Below are positions 49,699-60,531 of a stretch of 64,000 nt of DNA, piece by piece. Origin of the DNA: Planctomycetales bacterium. GTDB lineage: Bacteria > 4484-113. Positions within the stretch are counted from its first letter, which is position 1, and each line of letters begins with the position of its first letter. The DNA is taken from NCBI GenBank assembly GCA_037441675.1, contig JBBIRS010000001.1, positions 288,001 to 352,000 on the forward strand. The letters run 5' to 3'. A model generated the notes under the pieces. The model was not told the DNA's origin and ran no database searches. It was given only the letters and a program-made list of their open reading frames with translations. A program made the position numbers and the translations under genes.

Positions 49699-50727
49699 AT
49701 GGAACTTCTAGGTCGTGAAGACGAAATAATCAAAATTTCAAGGGATGTTCTCAAGCATGAAGCTGAAAGCATTAGCAACTTGAAGGACAATATAGGAGAG
49801 GAGTTTTTGCAAGCGCTTGAGATTATACTTTCCTCCAAGGGAAGAGTAATTTTCTCTGGAATTGGCAAGAGTGGGTATATTGCCCAAAAGGCGGCTTCAA
49901 CTCTGACAAGTATTGGAATTCCCAGCGGATACCTTCACCCTGCTGAAGGTTTTCACGGGGACTTGGGAATAGTTACAAAGGGAGACGTTATGGTAGCGGT
50001 TAGTAACTCAGGCGAGACCCGCGAGATTATTGAGCTCCTTCCGCCACTAAAGCGCATTGGCGTTCCCGTTATTGCTATAACTGGAAACAAGAACTCCACC
50101 CTTGCTAGAAGGGCGGATGTTCATCTCTTCATCGGTTACGTGAGAGAGTCTGACCCGGATAACCTAATTCCCACAGCATCCGCATTAACCACGCTTGCTA
50201 TGTTGGACGCTATGACCGTAGCCCTTATGCGGCTGAGAAACTTTAATAAAGAAGATTACGCCTTTATCCATCCAAGCGGTATGCTTGGCAGACGGCTAAC
50301 CCTCAAGGTTGTTGACCTGCTTTCAGGGGATGCTACAAATCCTAGAATACCTATGACCGCCTCCTTCAGGGAGGCTCTTGCCGCAATTACTAGGTATATG
50401 CTTGGTGGAGTGAGTATTGTGGATGAAGAGGAAAAGCTATGCGGGATTATCACCGATGGCGATGTGAGAAGACTTATGGAAAGGTGGCAAGGTACCGTTG
50501 AAGAGTTAATGAATACCGCCGTATCGGAGATTATGACGAAAACTCCCACCGTTATATTTGAGAACGAGCTTGCCTCTAAAGCGCTAGAGCTTATGGAGAA
50601 TCATAAACCTAGACCTATCTTCCTCCTTCCTGTTGTGAATGCGGAGGGAAAGCCAATCGGAATGATTCATCTCCACGACCTTGTCCAGGCAGGGTTCAAA
50701 ACAAGCCTTGATGAGATTGACCACTAG
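49699..50727 (+). CDS. kdsD: arabinose-5-phosphate isomerase (KpsF/GutQ, SIS plus 2 CBS)
   Basis: GIGKSG, HPAEGFHGDLG, SNSGET, HPSGMLG, GIITDGD, IHLHDL. Confidence 0.93.
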   Translation: MELLGREDEIIKISRDVLKHEAESISNLKDNIGEEFLQALEIILSSKGRVIFSGIGKSGYIAQKAASTLTSIGIPSGYLHPAEGFHGDLGIVTKGDVMVAVSNSGETREIIELLPPLKRIGVPVIAITGNKNSTLARRADVHLFIGYVRESDPDNLIPTASALTTLAMLDAMTVALMRLRNFNKEDYAFIHPSGMLGRRLTLKVVDLLSGDATNPRIPMTASFREALAAITRYMLGGVSIVDEEEKLCGIITDGDVRRLMERWQGTVEELMNTAVSEIMTKTPTVIFENELASKALELMENHKPRPIFLLPVVNAEGKPIGMIHLHDLVQAGFKTSLDEIDH

Positions 50728-50872
50728 CGGAAGGTGAACCTCCATTTTGAGAATGTAACTAAGCCCCAGCGCCCTCATCTCCACCCTTAATAAGCTGTAA
50801 GATCGCGATATAGTTTCATAGCTTATTCACAAAAAAGTTATTCGCCCAAGATAAAAGCGCTGATTATCGCCC

Positions 50873-53800
50873 TCAGAAATAAAATTCCTTATAGAGTCTT
50901 GCTTCATTGAGAAATTGGGATGTATAGGCTTGCTTCATTATTTTAATAAAATCATCCACCTCAACCTTTAAGCTTGCGAAATCCTCATCGGTTATCTCAA
51001 CACGCCTAACTTCCGGGATATCTAGGAAGCAAAGGTAAGGCTCTACCTTGAAGCCAGAGAGTAGCTGGGAAACCGCGTAAGTGTAAAATAGCAGTTGATA
51101 AGAGTATATTTTAGTTAGTTCCTCCAGACTAATTTTACTTGTGTCATCTGTTTTATAGTCAACCAGATAAAGCCGATTCTGTTCCATAAATATCAGATCA
51201 GCCTTTCCGCGGAAGAGAGTCTCGCCAAAGGATATCAAGAACGAAGTCTCGGTCTTTCGCCACTCTGAGTGGACAAGCCTTTGAAAAAGTGAAGTTTTGC
51301 TAAAGGCTTCAACTAATTTTTTTGCCGATGGAAGAAGCTCACCGCTTCCCTCATCCTGCAATAGGCTTTGAATTGCGCTTTCATCCTTAAAAAGAACCTC
51401 AATGAATCCTTCTTTGTAGGTTGGCAGTATAAAATCAATACCGTATGCAAGAAGGCTATGCACCAAGCTCCCAAGCTTTCTTCTTGTCTCAAAAGCGCCA
51501 TCATAGGCGTAGAAGTCTTCTAGCTCAATGCTAAATTCTTGGCTTCTTGATACCTTAGCCTGCTCTGGTTTCGGAAGTCCTTCCTTGCTCTCTCTATAAC
51601 TGAGAAATTCTGAAACTGAGTAGATGTACCTTTCATAACGAGAAAGATCGGGAGTGAAACTTGCCTCTTTCAGTAGCTCATTCGCCCTTTGTCTAATTTC
51701 ATCAGTAACTGATGATGAATTAATAGCCACAAGCTCATTCCAGGAAGGTTTAGAAGGTTCCTCAGCATGTTGAGCACGATTCTCTAGTGAAATGGGAAGT
51801 GCTTCTAAGATGCCATTAAAAGATGAAGCTGGCGTTATCTTGTCATTCTCAATTGCGATTAGTTGAGAGAGAAATCCTCCCCACGGAACATCTTCCTTCG
51901 ATTTTCCAAAAGCCTTAATTCCGACTATGGCGAGGTACTCCACTGCTCTTGTCAGTGCAACGTACAAAAGCCTCAGCTCCTCTTCTCGTTCCTGAAGCTC
52001 AATTTTCTTACGAACCGAGTCATACTGGGGTTCAAGGATATGAGCTCTTCCGCGAAGCAAGCTCTTGCCAATGGTTGCGAGGCTATGGTTGATACCAAAC
52101 TCATATTGACCATAACTATTCTGTAAGCAGATGAGCGGGTTCTCTCTCTGAGGCGACTCAAAATTAACGTCCGCAATAACCACTGCGCCAAACGTCAAAC
52201 CCTTCGCAGCGTGAACGGTGAGTAACCGCACAAACCCCTCCTCTGCCATCCACATTTGCCCAACGGGAAAGGCCTGATATTGAAGCTCTTCCAACTCCTT
52301 GGCGAATCTGTATATCCCCGTTAGCCCGTAGCCATCAATAGAAGTTGCAATGTGAAGTAGTTTTTCAAGATTTAGTTCTGGTCGGTAAGTATTAGCATAA
52401 GCGCAAATTTTTTCTCTCAGCCTGGAAGCAGATATTACCGCCTCAAGCACTTCGCAAGGATTCATTCTAGGTATCCGATAATTAAGATCAGTCAGCCAAT
52501 TTATGAATTCAAGCAAAGCCAATCGGTCAGCTTCAGAGGAAACAATCTGAGGCTCTCTCACAAGTAGGTCTATGATTGCGCCCTTTGGTGAAGCACTTTC
52601 TTGTTCCAGGCGGGAAAAAACTTCGTAAAGCGAATTAGTGGAAATTCCGACGATATCGCTTCGTAGAACCTCCGCGCAAAAATCATCTTGCTCAGGGGTT
52701 AGGAGAAATTTCAAAAAGGTAAATATTGCTCTTACCTCGCTCGTTTCTAAGAACCCTCTTCCCATTTCACTCACGAATGGAATAATGCTCTCCGAGAGAG
52801 CTCTCTCAAAGAGGGGCAGGTATTTGCTTCTTCGTAGAATTACCGCAAAATCGCCGTAGGATAGAGGGCGCCTTTTATTGTCCTTAGTGGTGAAAATTCC
52901 GCCTCCCTCAACCTTTTCCTTTATCAGATTCGCCACCTGCTTAGCTTCAAGCTCGACAAGTTCTGATCCGCTTAACCTTTCCTCAGTTTGCGGATGATAA
53001 AAAATCGTGACGCTTTTCTCAGCCTTCTTGGCGAAGGAAGAACCACTCTCAAGGGGATCATACTCAAATCCTAGTGCGTTTTCGTTTTCTCGGCAGATAA
53101 CATCGCGGAAGAAAAGGTTGACAAATTCAAGTATTTCCGGGCGTGAACGATAGTTCTTCGTGAGATGGATTAAGGTTCCGCCACTCTCCTGATATTCTTG
53201 TTTTTTAAGAAGCATACCTCTTGGGTTTGCGTAGCGGAATCCAAAAATAGACTGCTTTGGATCTCCGACCAGATACTGCGCACAAGCGTTTGAGATTAGA
53301 TTCAGGGTCTTTATCTGGAGCGGATTAAAATCTTGGAACTCGTCCACGAAAATTTTCTTGAATCTACTCTTGTAAGCCTTAGAGACGTTTTCATTTTCAG
53401 AAACAAGCCTGAAGAACTTGATACCCAAATCTGCAAAATCCAGGCTGTTAAGCCCCTCCTTTCGTTCTGTGTATCTTTTTTCTAGCTCAGCAAGTAGCGC
53501 AATTACTTCCCCGCTTATCGCGGGATCCTCTGCACTTACAATTGCGCTTAACGCTAAGCAGATTTTCTCCTGCAAAGGTTTAAGTATTTTCCTCAATTGT
53601 TCTGAGCCTTTAAGGTTAAAAGAATCAAGAATTTCTATCAGCCGATAAAATGTTTCCTCATCCGCTCGTAAAGTTTTGATATTCCTCGTAAAATCAATAA
53701 TTTTTGACTGAACATTTCTCAAAACATCTCTTGAAAATTCAGTGGTCATCTCTTCAGGATTTAATTCCATCAATTCTTGGCAGAACTTGCATAAATCATC

Positions 53801-54391
53801 CATTCTCTTCTCAAAATCTAATTCCTCCACTAGAAACTGAAGCCCAGAGAAGTTCCATACACCGTAGGCTCTCAGCTTTGCATAAAGTGTAAGAATGGCA
53901 TTTTCAAGAGTTGATGAATACTCGTATCTCGTAAAGTAAGAGTTATAGTGAAGGAGCCTGATAAGAGCGCTACTTCCCGCGTTAGCGTTTCCATACTTAT
54001 CTCGGAAAATGTGCATCAGGATATATCGTTGCAGGCGAACCGCCTCGCTTTCCTCAAGGATTGCGAAGTCGGGCTCAACACCTGCGAGGAATGCTTTTTC
54101 CGAAAGCTCTCTTCTATAAAAAGCATCAATGGTTGAAACTCTTATAGCTTGAGCAAGTTTAAGTCCCCTTTTGCCTAGCTGAGTGAGAAGGCTCTTAGAA
54201 ATCTTCTCCCTCATTTCCTCTGCTGCATTTTCTGTAAAGGTGATCGCGAGAATTCTATCCGCATCAAAGTTAAGCGCCACAAGCGTCTCGTAAAAATCTT
54301 TTGTCAAAGAAGTGGTTTTTCCAGTGCCCGCGCTGGATAGAAAAATTATTGGCTTTTGGATAATTTTCTCTATGTTTAACTCTTTACCCAT
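50873..54391 (-). CDS. addA: AddA-like UvrD helicase / PD-(D/E)XK nuclease
   Basis: SAGTGKT, ITFTENAAEEM, VDEFQD, VGDPKQSIFGFR, NYRS, TVHAAKGL, LLYVALTRA, C-terminal GKADL...VDYKT. Confidence 0.9.
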   Translation of the reverse strand: MGKELNIEKIIQKPIIFLSSAGTGKTTSLTKDFYETLVALNFDADRILAITFTENAAEEMREKISKSLLTQLGKRGLKLAQAIRVSTIDAFYRRELSEKAFLAGVEPDFAILEESEAVRLQRYILMHIFRDKYGNANAGSSALIRLLHYNSYFTRYEYSSTLENAILTLYAKLRAYGVWNFSGLQFLVEELDFEKRMDDLCKFCQELMELNPEEMTTEFSRDVLRNVQSKIIDFTRNIKTLRADEETFYRLIEILDSFNLKGSEQLRKILKPLQEKICLALSAIVSAEDPAISGEVIALLAELEKRYTERKEGLNSLDFADLGIKFFRLVSENENVSKAYKSRFKKIFVDEFQDFNPLQIKTLNLISNACAQYLVGDPKQSIFGFRYANPRGMLLKKQEYQESGGTLIHLTKNYRSRPEILEFVNLFFRDVICRENENALGFEYDPLESGSSFAKKAEKSVTIFYHPQTEERLSGSELVELEAKQVANLIKEKVEGGGIFTTKDNKRRPLSYGDFAVILRRSKYLPLFERALSESIIPFVSEMGRGFLETSEVRAIFTFLKFLLTPEQDDFCAEVLRSDIVGISTNSLYEVFSRLEQESASPKGAIIDLLVREPQIVSSEADRLALLEFINWLTDLNYRIPRMNPCEVLEAVISASRLREKICAYANTYRPELNLEKLLHIATSIDGYGLTGIYRFAKELEELQYQAFPVGQMWMAEEGFVRLLTVHAAKGLTFGAVVIADVNFESPQRENPLICLQNSYGQYEFGINHSLATIGKSLLRGRAHILEPQYDSVRKKIELQEREEELRLLYVALTRAVEYLAIVGIKAFGKSKEDVPWGGFLSQLIAIENDKITPASSFNGILEALPISLENRAQHAEEPSKPSWNELVAINSSSVTDEIRQRANELLKEASFTPDLSRYERYIYSVSEFLSYRESKEGLPKPEQAKVSRSQEFSIELEDFYAYDGAFETRRKLGSLVHSLLAYGIDFILPTYKEGFIEVLFKDESAIQSLLQDEGSGELLPSAKKLVEAFSKTSLFQRLVHSEWRKTETSFLISFGETLFRGKADLIFMEQNRLYLVDYKTDDTSKISLEELTKIYSYQLLFYTYAVSQLLSGFKVEPYLCFLDIPEVRRVEITDEDFASLKVEVDDFIKIMKQAYTSQFLNEARLYKEFYF

Positions 54392-57300
54392 CCCACTTCT
54401 TTTGTTCTATTGTTATATCTATCGGACTAGTGGTCGCTTCAACAAAGTTCGGTTCCACCTCAAAGTATAGATCCCTTCTACAGGTATGAAAATGTGCGCA
54501 TCCATCGCATTCCTGAGTAAAATGTGGCGCGCGAGGAAATTCACCGCTGGTAATTCTTGCAATTGTCTCTGAAATTGCTTTCTCAAATTCTTCCCAGATA
54601 TCTCCATCTTGCTTTGAATAAATAAGTATGCGATGCGGGTTTAATTCTCTTAAAAGCAGGTAATTCATCGAGGGTAAAAGCCACTTTCCCCCTTCCTGCG
54701 TCTTCCTTAAGAGGTATAGGTAAACCATAGGCGCAACTTCTACCATCGCTTTCAGCTGTTTAGCCTCATTCTGCCTGAAAGAGCTTTCTCTGCCAGTTTT
54801 GTAATCGTAAACTCTCAGGCTGCCATCCTTGCATCTATCAACGCGGTCCAACTTTCCCTTTAGTTTCACCTCAATGTTAGATAAAAGCTTGAACGAGGTT
54901 GAAACTTCAAGCTCTAAGAACTTTGGTTCTTGATGAGATATACGAAGTCTTTGTAATTCTTTTTTGTGAAAACGCTCAAGGATTTTTGCCCATTCGTTTG
55001 TTACTCTTTCAAGCTCCAAATCAAAAATTCCAAGTAGCCTCTTCCTCTCAACAGTAGCCCTAAGCTTTTCCCTAAGCATCTCTCCCACTGGAAGAGCGGT
55101 TGGGAATTTTGCAAAAGCGTCCCTCAAGGCCTGGTGAACAGCTGTCCCGATTTTTCTTTCGTTTATCAGCTCTTCAATGCTCTCAAGGGGCTCCACATTC
55201 CTAAGTAGGTAGGATGCGAAAAACAGATAGGGGCACAAGCGATAGTTACTAAGGTTGGACGCGCTTAGCGAAGAAATCCGCATCGCAAAGTTATCCAAAG
55301 TAACACTAGGCTTTTCTCGATGGGCGTCACCGATAAGAAAAATCTTCTCAAGCTCGTCTTTACCCGAAATAACCAAAAGCCCGCTGGCTAAGTTTTCATC
55401 AGTGAAGAAGTTACTTGAGCTAATCCTAATTTTCTTTACCGCTTCCCTAAGTGCGCTTCTTCTTGGATGGGGTATGGGTTGAATCCTTTCATATCTTTCC
55501 TTCTTTCCGCTATGTAGAAACAGTGCTTGAACAAACACCGATGGAGCCTGATTTCTGCCCTCAATATCGCGCCTTGCCAGCGTGATAAAAGTTTTCCTCT
55601 TACTCCTCGTAATTGCGGATAAAAATAAGGACTGCTCAAAATCGTAAAGTTCGCTTATACTGGGAATGCTGTATAAGCTCGCCAATCCTGGTAGTGTCTC
55701 CGCGGTAAGATTCGCGGATATTTGACCAGGGTAGTGTGAAGCGTCAGCCTGGGCGATGAATACGTATTGTTTTTGCCACTGTCTCGCGCTGATGGCGTCA
55801 ACTAAATATACGCTTCCCACCGTCTTTTCCGGCGGAAGGTTCAACAGAGCCTCAATCGCTGAATCTACTATTTCAACAAGTCCCTCAAACTTTCTCTTCT
55901 CATCCTTGTACTCCTTTGAAATTATTCCCTCCCGTAAAGAGATTGATAAGATAAGTTTTTTAATATGCGCTAATTCATCCTCTACTAATAACTCTGCATT
56001 TAATTTCCTAACTATCTCAGAAGAATTCAAAAGTGCCTTTGAGATCACTTGAGCGGTTCTTCTAACTGCTTCTGATGGGTTTAAGTGGCGCAAGCTAGCT
56101 ATGCTCTTTCTTTCGCTTTCCAAATTTTTAAGTATATTAACAAGCTCTTCTTCGCCAAGTTCATTTAACGTAAATTCAAAGAGCTCCTCATCTATGAACC
56201 CGCTGTAGCGGTAAATATTTTTGAATAAAGCTTGCTTGTCCTTTGCGAAAAATGGGCCGATGGATGTGAGTAAATTCTCCCTGTTTGTTTCGTTAGGCTC
56301 TGCTAAGTAGTGAATTAAAGCCCGAAGAACCGCAAGGTAAGGCTTATCCCCCTTTCTAGTTACAGGAATAATAATGGGTATCCCGCGTTTTCTGCACTCA
56401 AGTCTAAGAATATCCGTGAATGGCTCTTCCAACCTTCTCGTAATTATCAAAAATTCATCAAGAGGGACTAATTCACGCTGGTGTAGCTCCAAGATTTTGT
56501 CCGCGATAAAGCTTGCCTCTGCGATGTGAGTTCTGTGCAAGCTTACGTTCACATTTTCAATCTCAAAGTCAGATAAAGAAAAGGCCTCATCACTTTGATT
56601 TGCCTTCCTTTCCATACCTGCCATCTCGTTAAGCAGTGGCACGTGGACGCTCTCAACTTCTGCAATCCTTTCCAGGCTAGCGTCGATTTTTTCTTTTGCC
56701 CACGATAAAAAGCGCCTTGTGGTTTCATCGCCTGGAATATCGAGCAAGCTCATAGCAAAGGTGCTAGCTCTCCGAGAAAGTTCCGTTATTGCCACACGAT
56801 AAAGGTAATAGGCGTCATAGAAGCCATCCAGCAGAAGAACAGATGGAAGGCGAATGGCATCCCCCTTCCCTTGCTCACAAATTAGTTTTGCTACTAACTT
56901 CTCCTGAGCGAAAAGACCATCGTAAAGTGAATTTTCAGTTAGAATTTGGAAGTACGCAATAGCCAAGTTATGCAAAAAAGTCTCAAAGGGTGAAAGCCTC
57001 TTCTCAAACACTTCCTCATTCCCACCGGAAGATAACCGCTTCAGGAACAAACCGCTGTGGCGAAGGCTGATGATAATTTTCCGAAGATAAGCGTAGTTTC
57101 TAGCGGATAATTTGATGTTAAGTTCGCGGGGAATATCTACTCGCTTGAGTGCTTCTTGGATAAGCAAGGTTTCTTCAGCAATATTTAGGCATCTTCCCGA
57201 AACGACTAGGTTCTTTTCCGCTAAAGTGTGCAGAAATTCGGGTAGCGCGGAAATCTCATCCTCAAAAATAACCTTCGTGGGAGATTTTCGCGCAAGCAAG

Positions 57301-57452
57301 GCTCTCAGGTATTCCCGCTCAGTGACATCTGGAACGATAAAAGCTCGCTCGCCGAATGGATTATCAGCCAGGTGGCTTAGAAATAAGTCCACAAGTTTCT
57401 GCGTCTTTCCGCTCTGGGGTGGACCTACTAAAAGAATCTTTCTTTCTTTCAT
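54384..57452 (-). CDS. addB: AddB-like PD-(D/E)XK nuclease with 4Fe-4S motif
   Basis: GPPQSGKT, LSASNL...CPY, GKLDRVD, DYKTG, CDGCAHFHTC; overlaps addA. Confidence 0.82.
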   Translation of the reverse strand: MKERKILLVGPPQSGKTQKLVDLFLSHLADNPFGERAFIVPDVTEREYLRALLARKSPTKVIFEDEISALPEFLHTLAEKNLVVSGRCLNIAEETLLIQEALKRVDIPRELNIKLSARNYAYLRKIIISLRHSGLFLKRLSSGGNEEVFEKRLSPFETFLHNLAIAYFQILTENSLYDGLFAQEKLVAKLICEQGKGDAIRLPSVLLLDGFYDAYYLYRVAITELSRRASTFAMSLLDIPGDETTRRFLSWAKEKIDASLERIAEVESVHVPLLNEMAGMERKANQSDEAFSLSDFEIENVNVSLHRTHIAEASFIADKILELHQRELVPLDEFLIITRRLEEPFTDILRLECRKRGIPIIIPVTRKGDKPYLAVLRALIHYLAEPNETNRENLLTSIGPFFAKDKQALFKNIYRYSGFIDEELFEFTLNELGEEELVNILKNLESERKSIASLRHLNPSEAVRRTAQVISKALLNSSEIVRKLNAELLVEDELAHIKKLILSISLREGIISKEYKDEKRKFEGLVEIVDSAIEALLNLPPEKTVGSVYLVDAISARQWQKQYVFIAQADASHYPGQISANLTAETLPGLASLYSIPSISELYDFEQSLFLSAITRSKRKTFITLARRDIEGRNQAPSVFVQALFLHSGKKERYERIQPIPHPRRSALREAVKKIRISSSNFFTDENLASGLLVISGKDELEKIFLIGDAHREKPSVTLDNFAMRISSLSASNLSNYRLCPYLFFASYLLRNVEPLESIEELINERKIGTAVHQALRDAFAKFPTALPVGEMLREKLRATVERKRLLGIFDLELERVTNEWAKILERFHKKELQRLRISHQEPKFLELEVSTSFKLLSNIEVKLKGKLDRVDRCKDGSLRVYDYKTGRESSFRQNEAKQLKAMVEVAPMVYLYLLRKTQEGGKWLLPSMNYLLLRELNPHRILIYSKQDGDIWEEFEKAISETIARITSGEFPRAPHFTQECDGCAHFHTCRRDLYFEVEPNFVEATTSPIDITIEQKKWDG

Positions 57453-57510
57453 ACCAGAATCTAGTTGCTATAATACCAGTTAAATCCTTTGAGAGTTCTT
57501 GATAAATCAA

Positions 57511-60000
57511 ATGATTGAGTACGATTCTGCAAAAATTGAAGCTAAATGGCAAAGGAGATGGGCACAAGCCAATGCCTTTTGCGCGAAGGATTTTGATGCT
57601 GAAAGAAAAAAGCGGTACGTGCTGGTGATGTTTCCCTATCCCAGCGGAGACCTCCATATGGGTCACCTTAGAAACTACACCATTGGCGACGTAGTGGCTC
57701 GCTATTATAGAATGCTTGGTTATAACGTTCTCAATCCAATGGGATTTGATGCATTTGGGCTTCCTGCGGAACAAGCTGCAATTGACCGTCAAGTTCATCC
57801 AAGGGATTGGACAAACGAAGCGATAAAAACCCATAAACGCCAGTTGGAACAGGCTGGCTTTTCCTACGACTGGGCTCGAATGGTCAACACAAGTTCCCCC
57901 GATTACTACAAGTTTACTCAATGGATTTTCCTGAAGCTTTTTGAGATGGGTCTTGTTTACAGGAGAGAGGCGCCAGTTAATTGGTGCGAGGAGCATGGAG
58001 TATTGGCGGATGAGGAAGCGCCTGAGGGCAGATGCTGGCGTTGTGGAGAAATTGTTCATGCTAAGATGCTCTCACAGTGGTTTATTAAAACTACCGAGTT
58101 TGCCGATGAACTCCTTCGTGGCATTGAAGCTCTCAACGAATGGCCTGAACGAGTTAGAGTTATGCAGAGAAATTGGATCGGTAGAAGCATGGGGACTGAG
58201 GTGAAATTTTATATTCCCGCAATTAACAAATCCGTTGAAGTTTTCACAACAAGGGCAGATACTTTATTTGGCGTAACTTTTCTTGCCTTTGCGCCCGAGC
58301 ATAATCTAGCTGAAGAGCTTGCAAAAATTGGCGGGAAATTGGACGAGTTCACCTCATTTCGTGAAGCTGTTAATAAAGTTTCAACCATTGAACGCTTTGC
58401 TGAAGAAAAGGAAAAGTCTGGCATCTATCTTGGTCTCAACGCAGTTCATCCTTTAACAGGCGAAGAGATTCCTCTCTACTGCGCAGATTATGTCCTTATG
58501 GAATACGGAACAGGTGTGGTTATGGGCGTTCCAGCGCACGATACAAGAGATTTCCTTTTCGCCAAGAAGTATGAACTGCCGATAATTAAAGTAATTGAAC
58601 GAAACGAAGATTCCTCCAATGAGGGTGAGGCAGAACTTCCCTACACAGGTTATGGAGTGATGGTTAATTCAAACGAATTCAGCGGAAAGAAAAGCGAGGA
58701 AGGAATACGTGAATTGAACACTCTGATTGAGAGTAAGGGGCTTGGGGGTGCGAAGGTTCAGTATCGCATGCGTGACTGGCTGGTGTCACGCCAAAGATAC
58801 TGGGGGGTGCCCATTCCAATTGTCTGGTGCGACAATTGTGGAGCGGTCCCTGAAAAGTATGATAATCTCCCGGTTATTCTTCCTGAAAATGTTGAATTCA
58901 CCGCAACACCATCCGGTAGACTCGCTACAAATCCAGATTTTGTTCGGACCGTCTGTCCCAACTGCGGAAGAAGCGCCAAAAGAGAAACCGACACTATGAG
59001 CACCTTCGTGGATAGCGCCTGGTACTTCCTCCGTTACTGTGACCCAAAAAGCGAAAAAGAACCATTCAGAAAGGAACTCGTTGACTATTGGATGCCGGTG
59101 GACGAGTACATTGGCGGTATAGAACACGCGGTGGGGCATCTCCTCTACTCAAGATTTATCTGTTACGCTCTTAACCGCGCGGGAGTTATTAGCTTCAAGG
59201 AGCCCTTTAGAAGGCTCTTCACCCAGGGAATGCTCTACAAGGATGGCGCAAAGATGAGCAAGAGCAAGGGCAATGTGGTGAGCGTAGACCATTTTCTTCA
59301 GAAGTACGGTTCAGACACCGCCCGAATGATTAGCCTCTTTTGGGGTCCACCGGAGCGAGATGTAGAATGGCAGGAAGGTGGCGTTGAGGGTTGCTTTAGG
59401 TTTATTAAACGTCTTTTCAACTTTTTTGTAAGCACCTGGGATTATGTAAAAGATGCAACTTCTGTTAACTTAGAAAATCCAAGCGATCAGGAGAAAGAGT
59501 TTCTCCATATTATTCATAGCGGAATTTACGACGTTACTGAGACTCTAAACAACTGGCACTTCAACACTACGGTGAGTTCGCTAATGATACTTTTCAATCG
59601 GCTCTCGGACGCATGGGGCAAGCTCTCCGATAAGCAGAAAGGCTTAATGTCACTCCGTTTCTTGCTTAAAGAAGCTCTTTTGACCCTGCTCAAACTTCTA
59701 AGTCCGATAAGCCCTCATGTTGCGGAGGAGCTGTGGGAATTTTCTGGCCAATCGGGTTTTGTAATGCACGCAGAATGGCCAAAGTACGACGAGAGGTTCC
59801 TCAAGAGAGCGGAGATAGAGTACGGCATTAGCATTAATGGCAAGCCAAGAAGCACCATCACCGTTCAGTTGGGTACCGACTTGGAGGATGTCCGCAGGCT
59901 GGCGCTGGAAGAACCCAAAGTCAAGAGCCTAGTCGCAGGCAAAAAAGTAATTCGCGTGATTGTTGTTCCTGATAGGCTTGTCAACATTGTTGTCCGTTGA
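57511..60000 (+). CDS. leuS: leucine--tRNA ligase
   Basis: MFPYPSGDLHMGH, GTGVVMGVPAHD, SRQRYWGVPIP, GGIEHA, KMSKS. Confidence 0.98.
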   Translation: MIEYDSAKIEAKWQRRWAQANAFCAKDFDAERKKRYVLVMFPYPSGDLHMGHLRNYTIGDVVARYYRMLGYNVLNPMGFDAFGLPAEQAAIDRQVHPRDWTNEAIKTHKRQLEQAGFSYDWARMVNTSSPDYYKFTQWIFLKLFEMGLVYRREAPVNWCEEHGVLADEEAPEGRCWRCGEIVHAKMLSQWFIKTTEFADELLRGIEALNEWPERVRVMQRNWIGRSMGTEVKFYIPAINKSVEVFTTRADTLFGVTFLAFAPEHNLAEELAKIGGKLDEFTSFREAVNKVSTIERFAEEKEKSGIYLGLNAVHPLTGEEIPLYCADYVLMEYGTGVVMGVPAHDTRDFLFAKKYELPIIKVIERNEDSSNEGEAELPYTGYGVMVNSNEFSGKKSEEGIRELNTLIESKGLGGAKVQYRMRDWLVSRQRYWGVPIPIVWCDNCGAVPEKYDNLPVILPENVEFTATPSGRLATNPDFVRTVCPNCGRSAKRETDTMSTFVDSAWYFLRYCDPKSEKEPFRKELVDYWMPVDEYIGGIEHAVGHLLYSRFICYALNRAGVISFKEPFRRLFTQGMLYKDGAKMSKSKGNVVSVDHFLQKYGSDTARMISLFWGPPERDVEWQEGGVEGCFRFIKRLFNFFVSTWDYVKDATSVNLENPSDQEKEFLHIIHSGIYDVTETLNNWHFNTTVSSLMILFNRLSDAWGKLSDKQKGLMSLRFLLKEALLTLLKLLSPISPHVAEELWEFSGQSGFVMHAEWPKYDERFLKRAEIEYGISINGKPRSTITVQLGTDLEDVRRLALEEPKVKSLVAGKKVIRVIVVPDRLVNIVVR

Positions 60001-60024
60001 GAAGCTTGATGGAGATAGATTGGG

Positions 60025-60531
60025 ATGCTTTTCAGGACGAAAGTATTAGTTTTTGGAGGGTTAGCGGTAGCCATCTTGAGTATTCTCTCTTTGCTGGTAG
60101 CTAACGGAGTAAGACCCACACTGCCACCGCAGAGTGAATTATTTAAGCAGGATGCCGTTAAGTTAGATAATCTCTCCTTTGTCCCCACGGAGAAAAATAC
60201 TCTTCCAACCCTTACGCCTGATGATTCAAAAGTAAAAGAAACATCCTCAGAGAGAAATAATGTCTCAAGTAAAATAAATAAGGCAGGAAGCAAAAGCACG
60301 AAAAAAGGGTCCAAGAAAAAAACAGCGGTTCTAAATTATCCGTTAAACCTGAACCGTGCGACGAAGGAAGAACTGATGCTTCTTCCCGGCATTGGCGAAG
60401 TGCTGGCGCAAAGAATTATTGATGAGAGAGAGAGAAGAGGTGGTTTCAAGAGCATTGACGAACTTTTGGAGCTAAAGGGTATTGGCGAAAAGAAACTCAG
60501 TGAGATTAAGCCTTTGGTTACTCTAAAGTAA
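60025..60531 (+). CDS. comEA: ComEA-like helix-hairpin-helix DNA-binding protein
   Basis: N-terminal TM; LNLNRATKEELMLLPGIGEVLAQRII...LKGIGEK. Confidence 0.88.
   Translation: MLFRTKVLVFGGLAVAILSILSLLVANGVRPTLPPQSELFKQDAVKLDNLSFVPTEKNTLPTLTPDDSKVKETSSERNNVSSKINKAGSKSTKKGSKKKTAVLNYPLNLNRATKEELMLLPGIGEVLAQRIIDERERRGGFKSIDELLELKGIGEKKLSEIKPLVTLK

Noticed and set aside
49653..49868. 72-residue N-terminal extension of the GT2 in the ORF track
   Set aside because: It overlaps kdsD on the opposite strand; a -10 box precedes GTG 49652, right before the GT2 fold begins
50823..50831. DnaA-box-like TTATTCACA
   Set aside because: Single copy between convergent genes with no cluster or origin context
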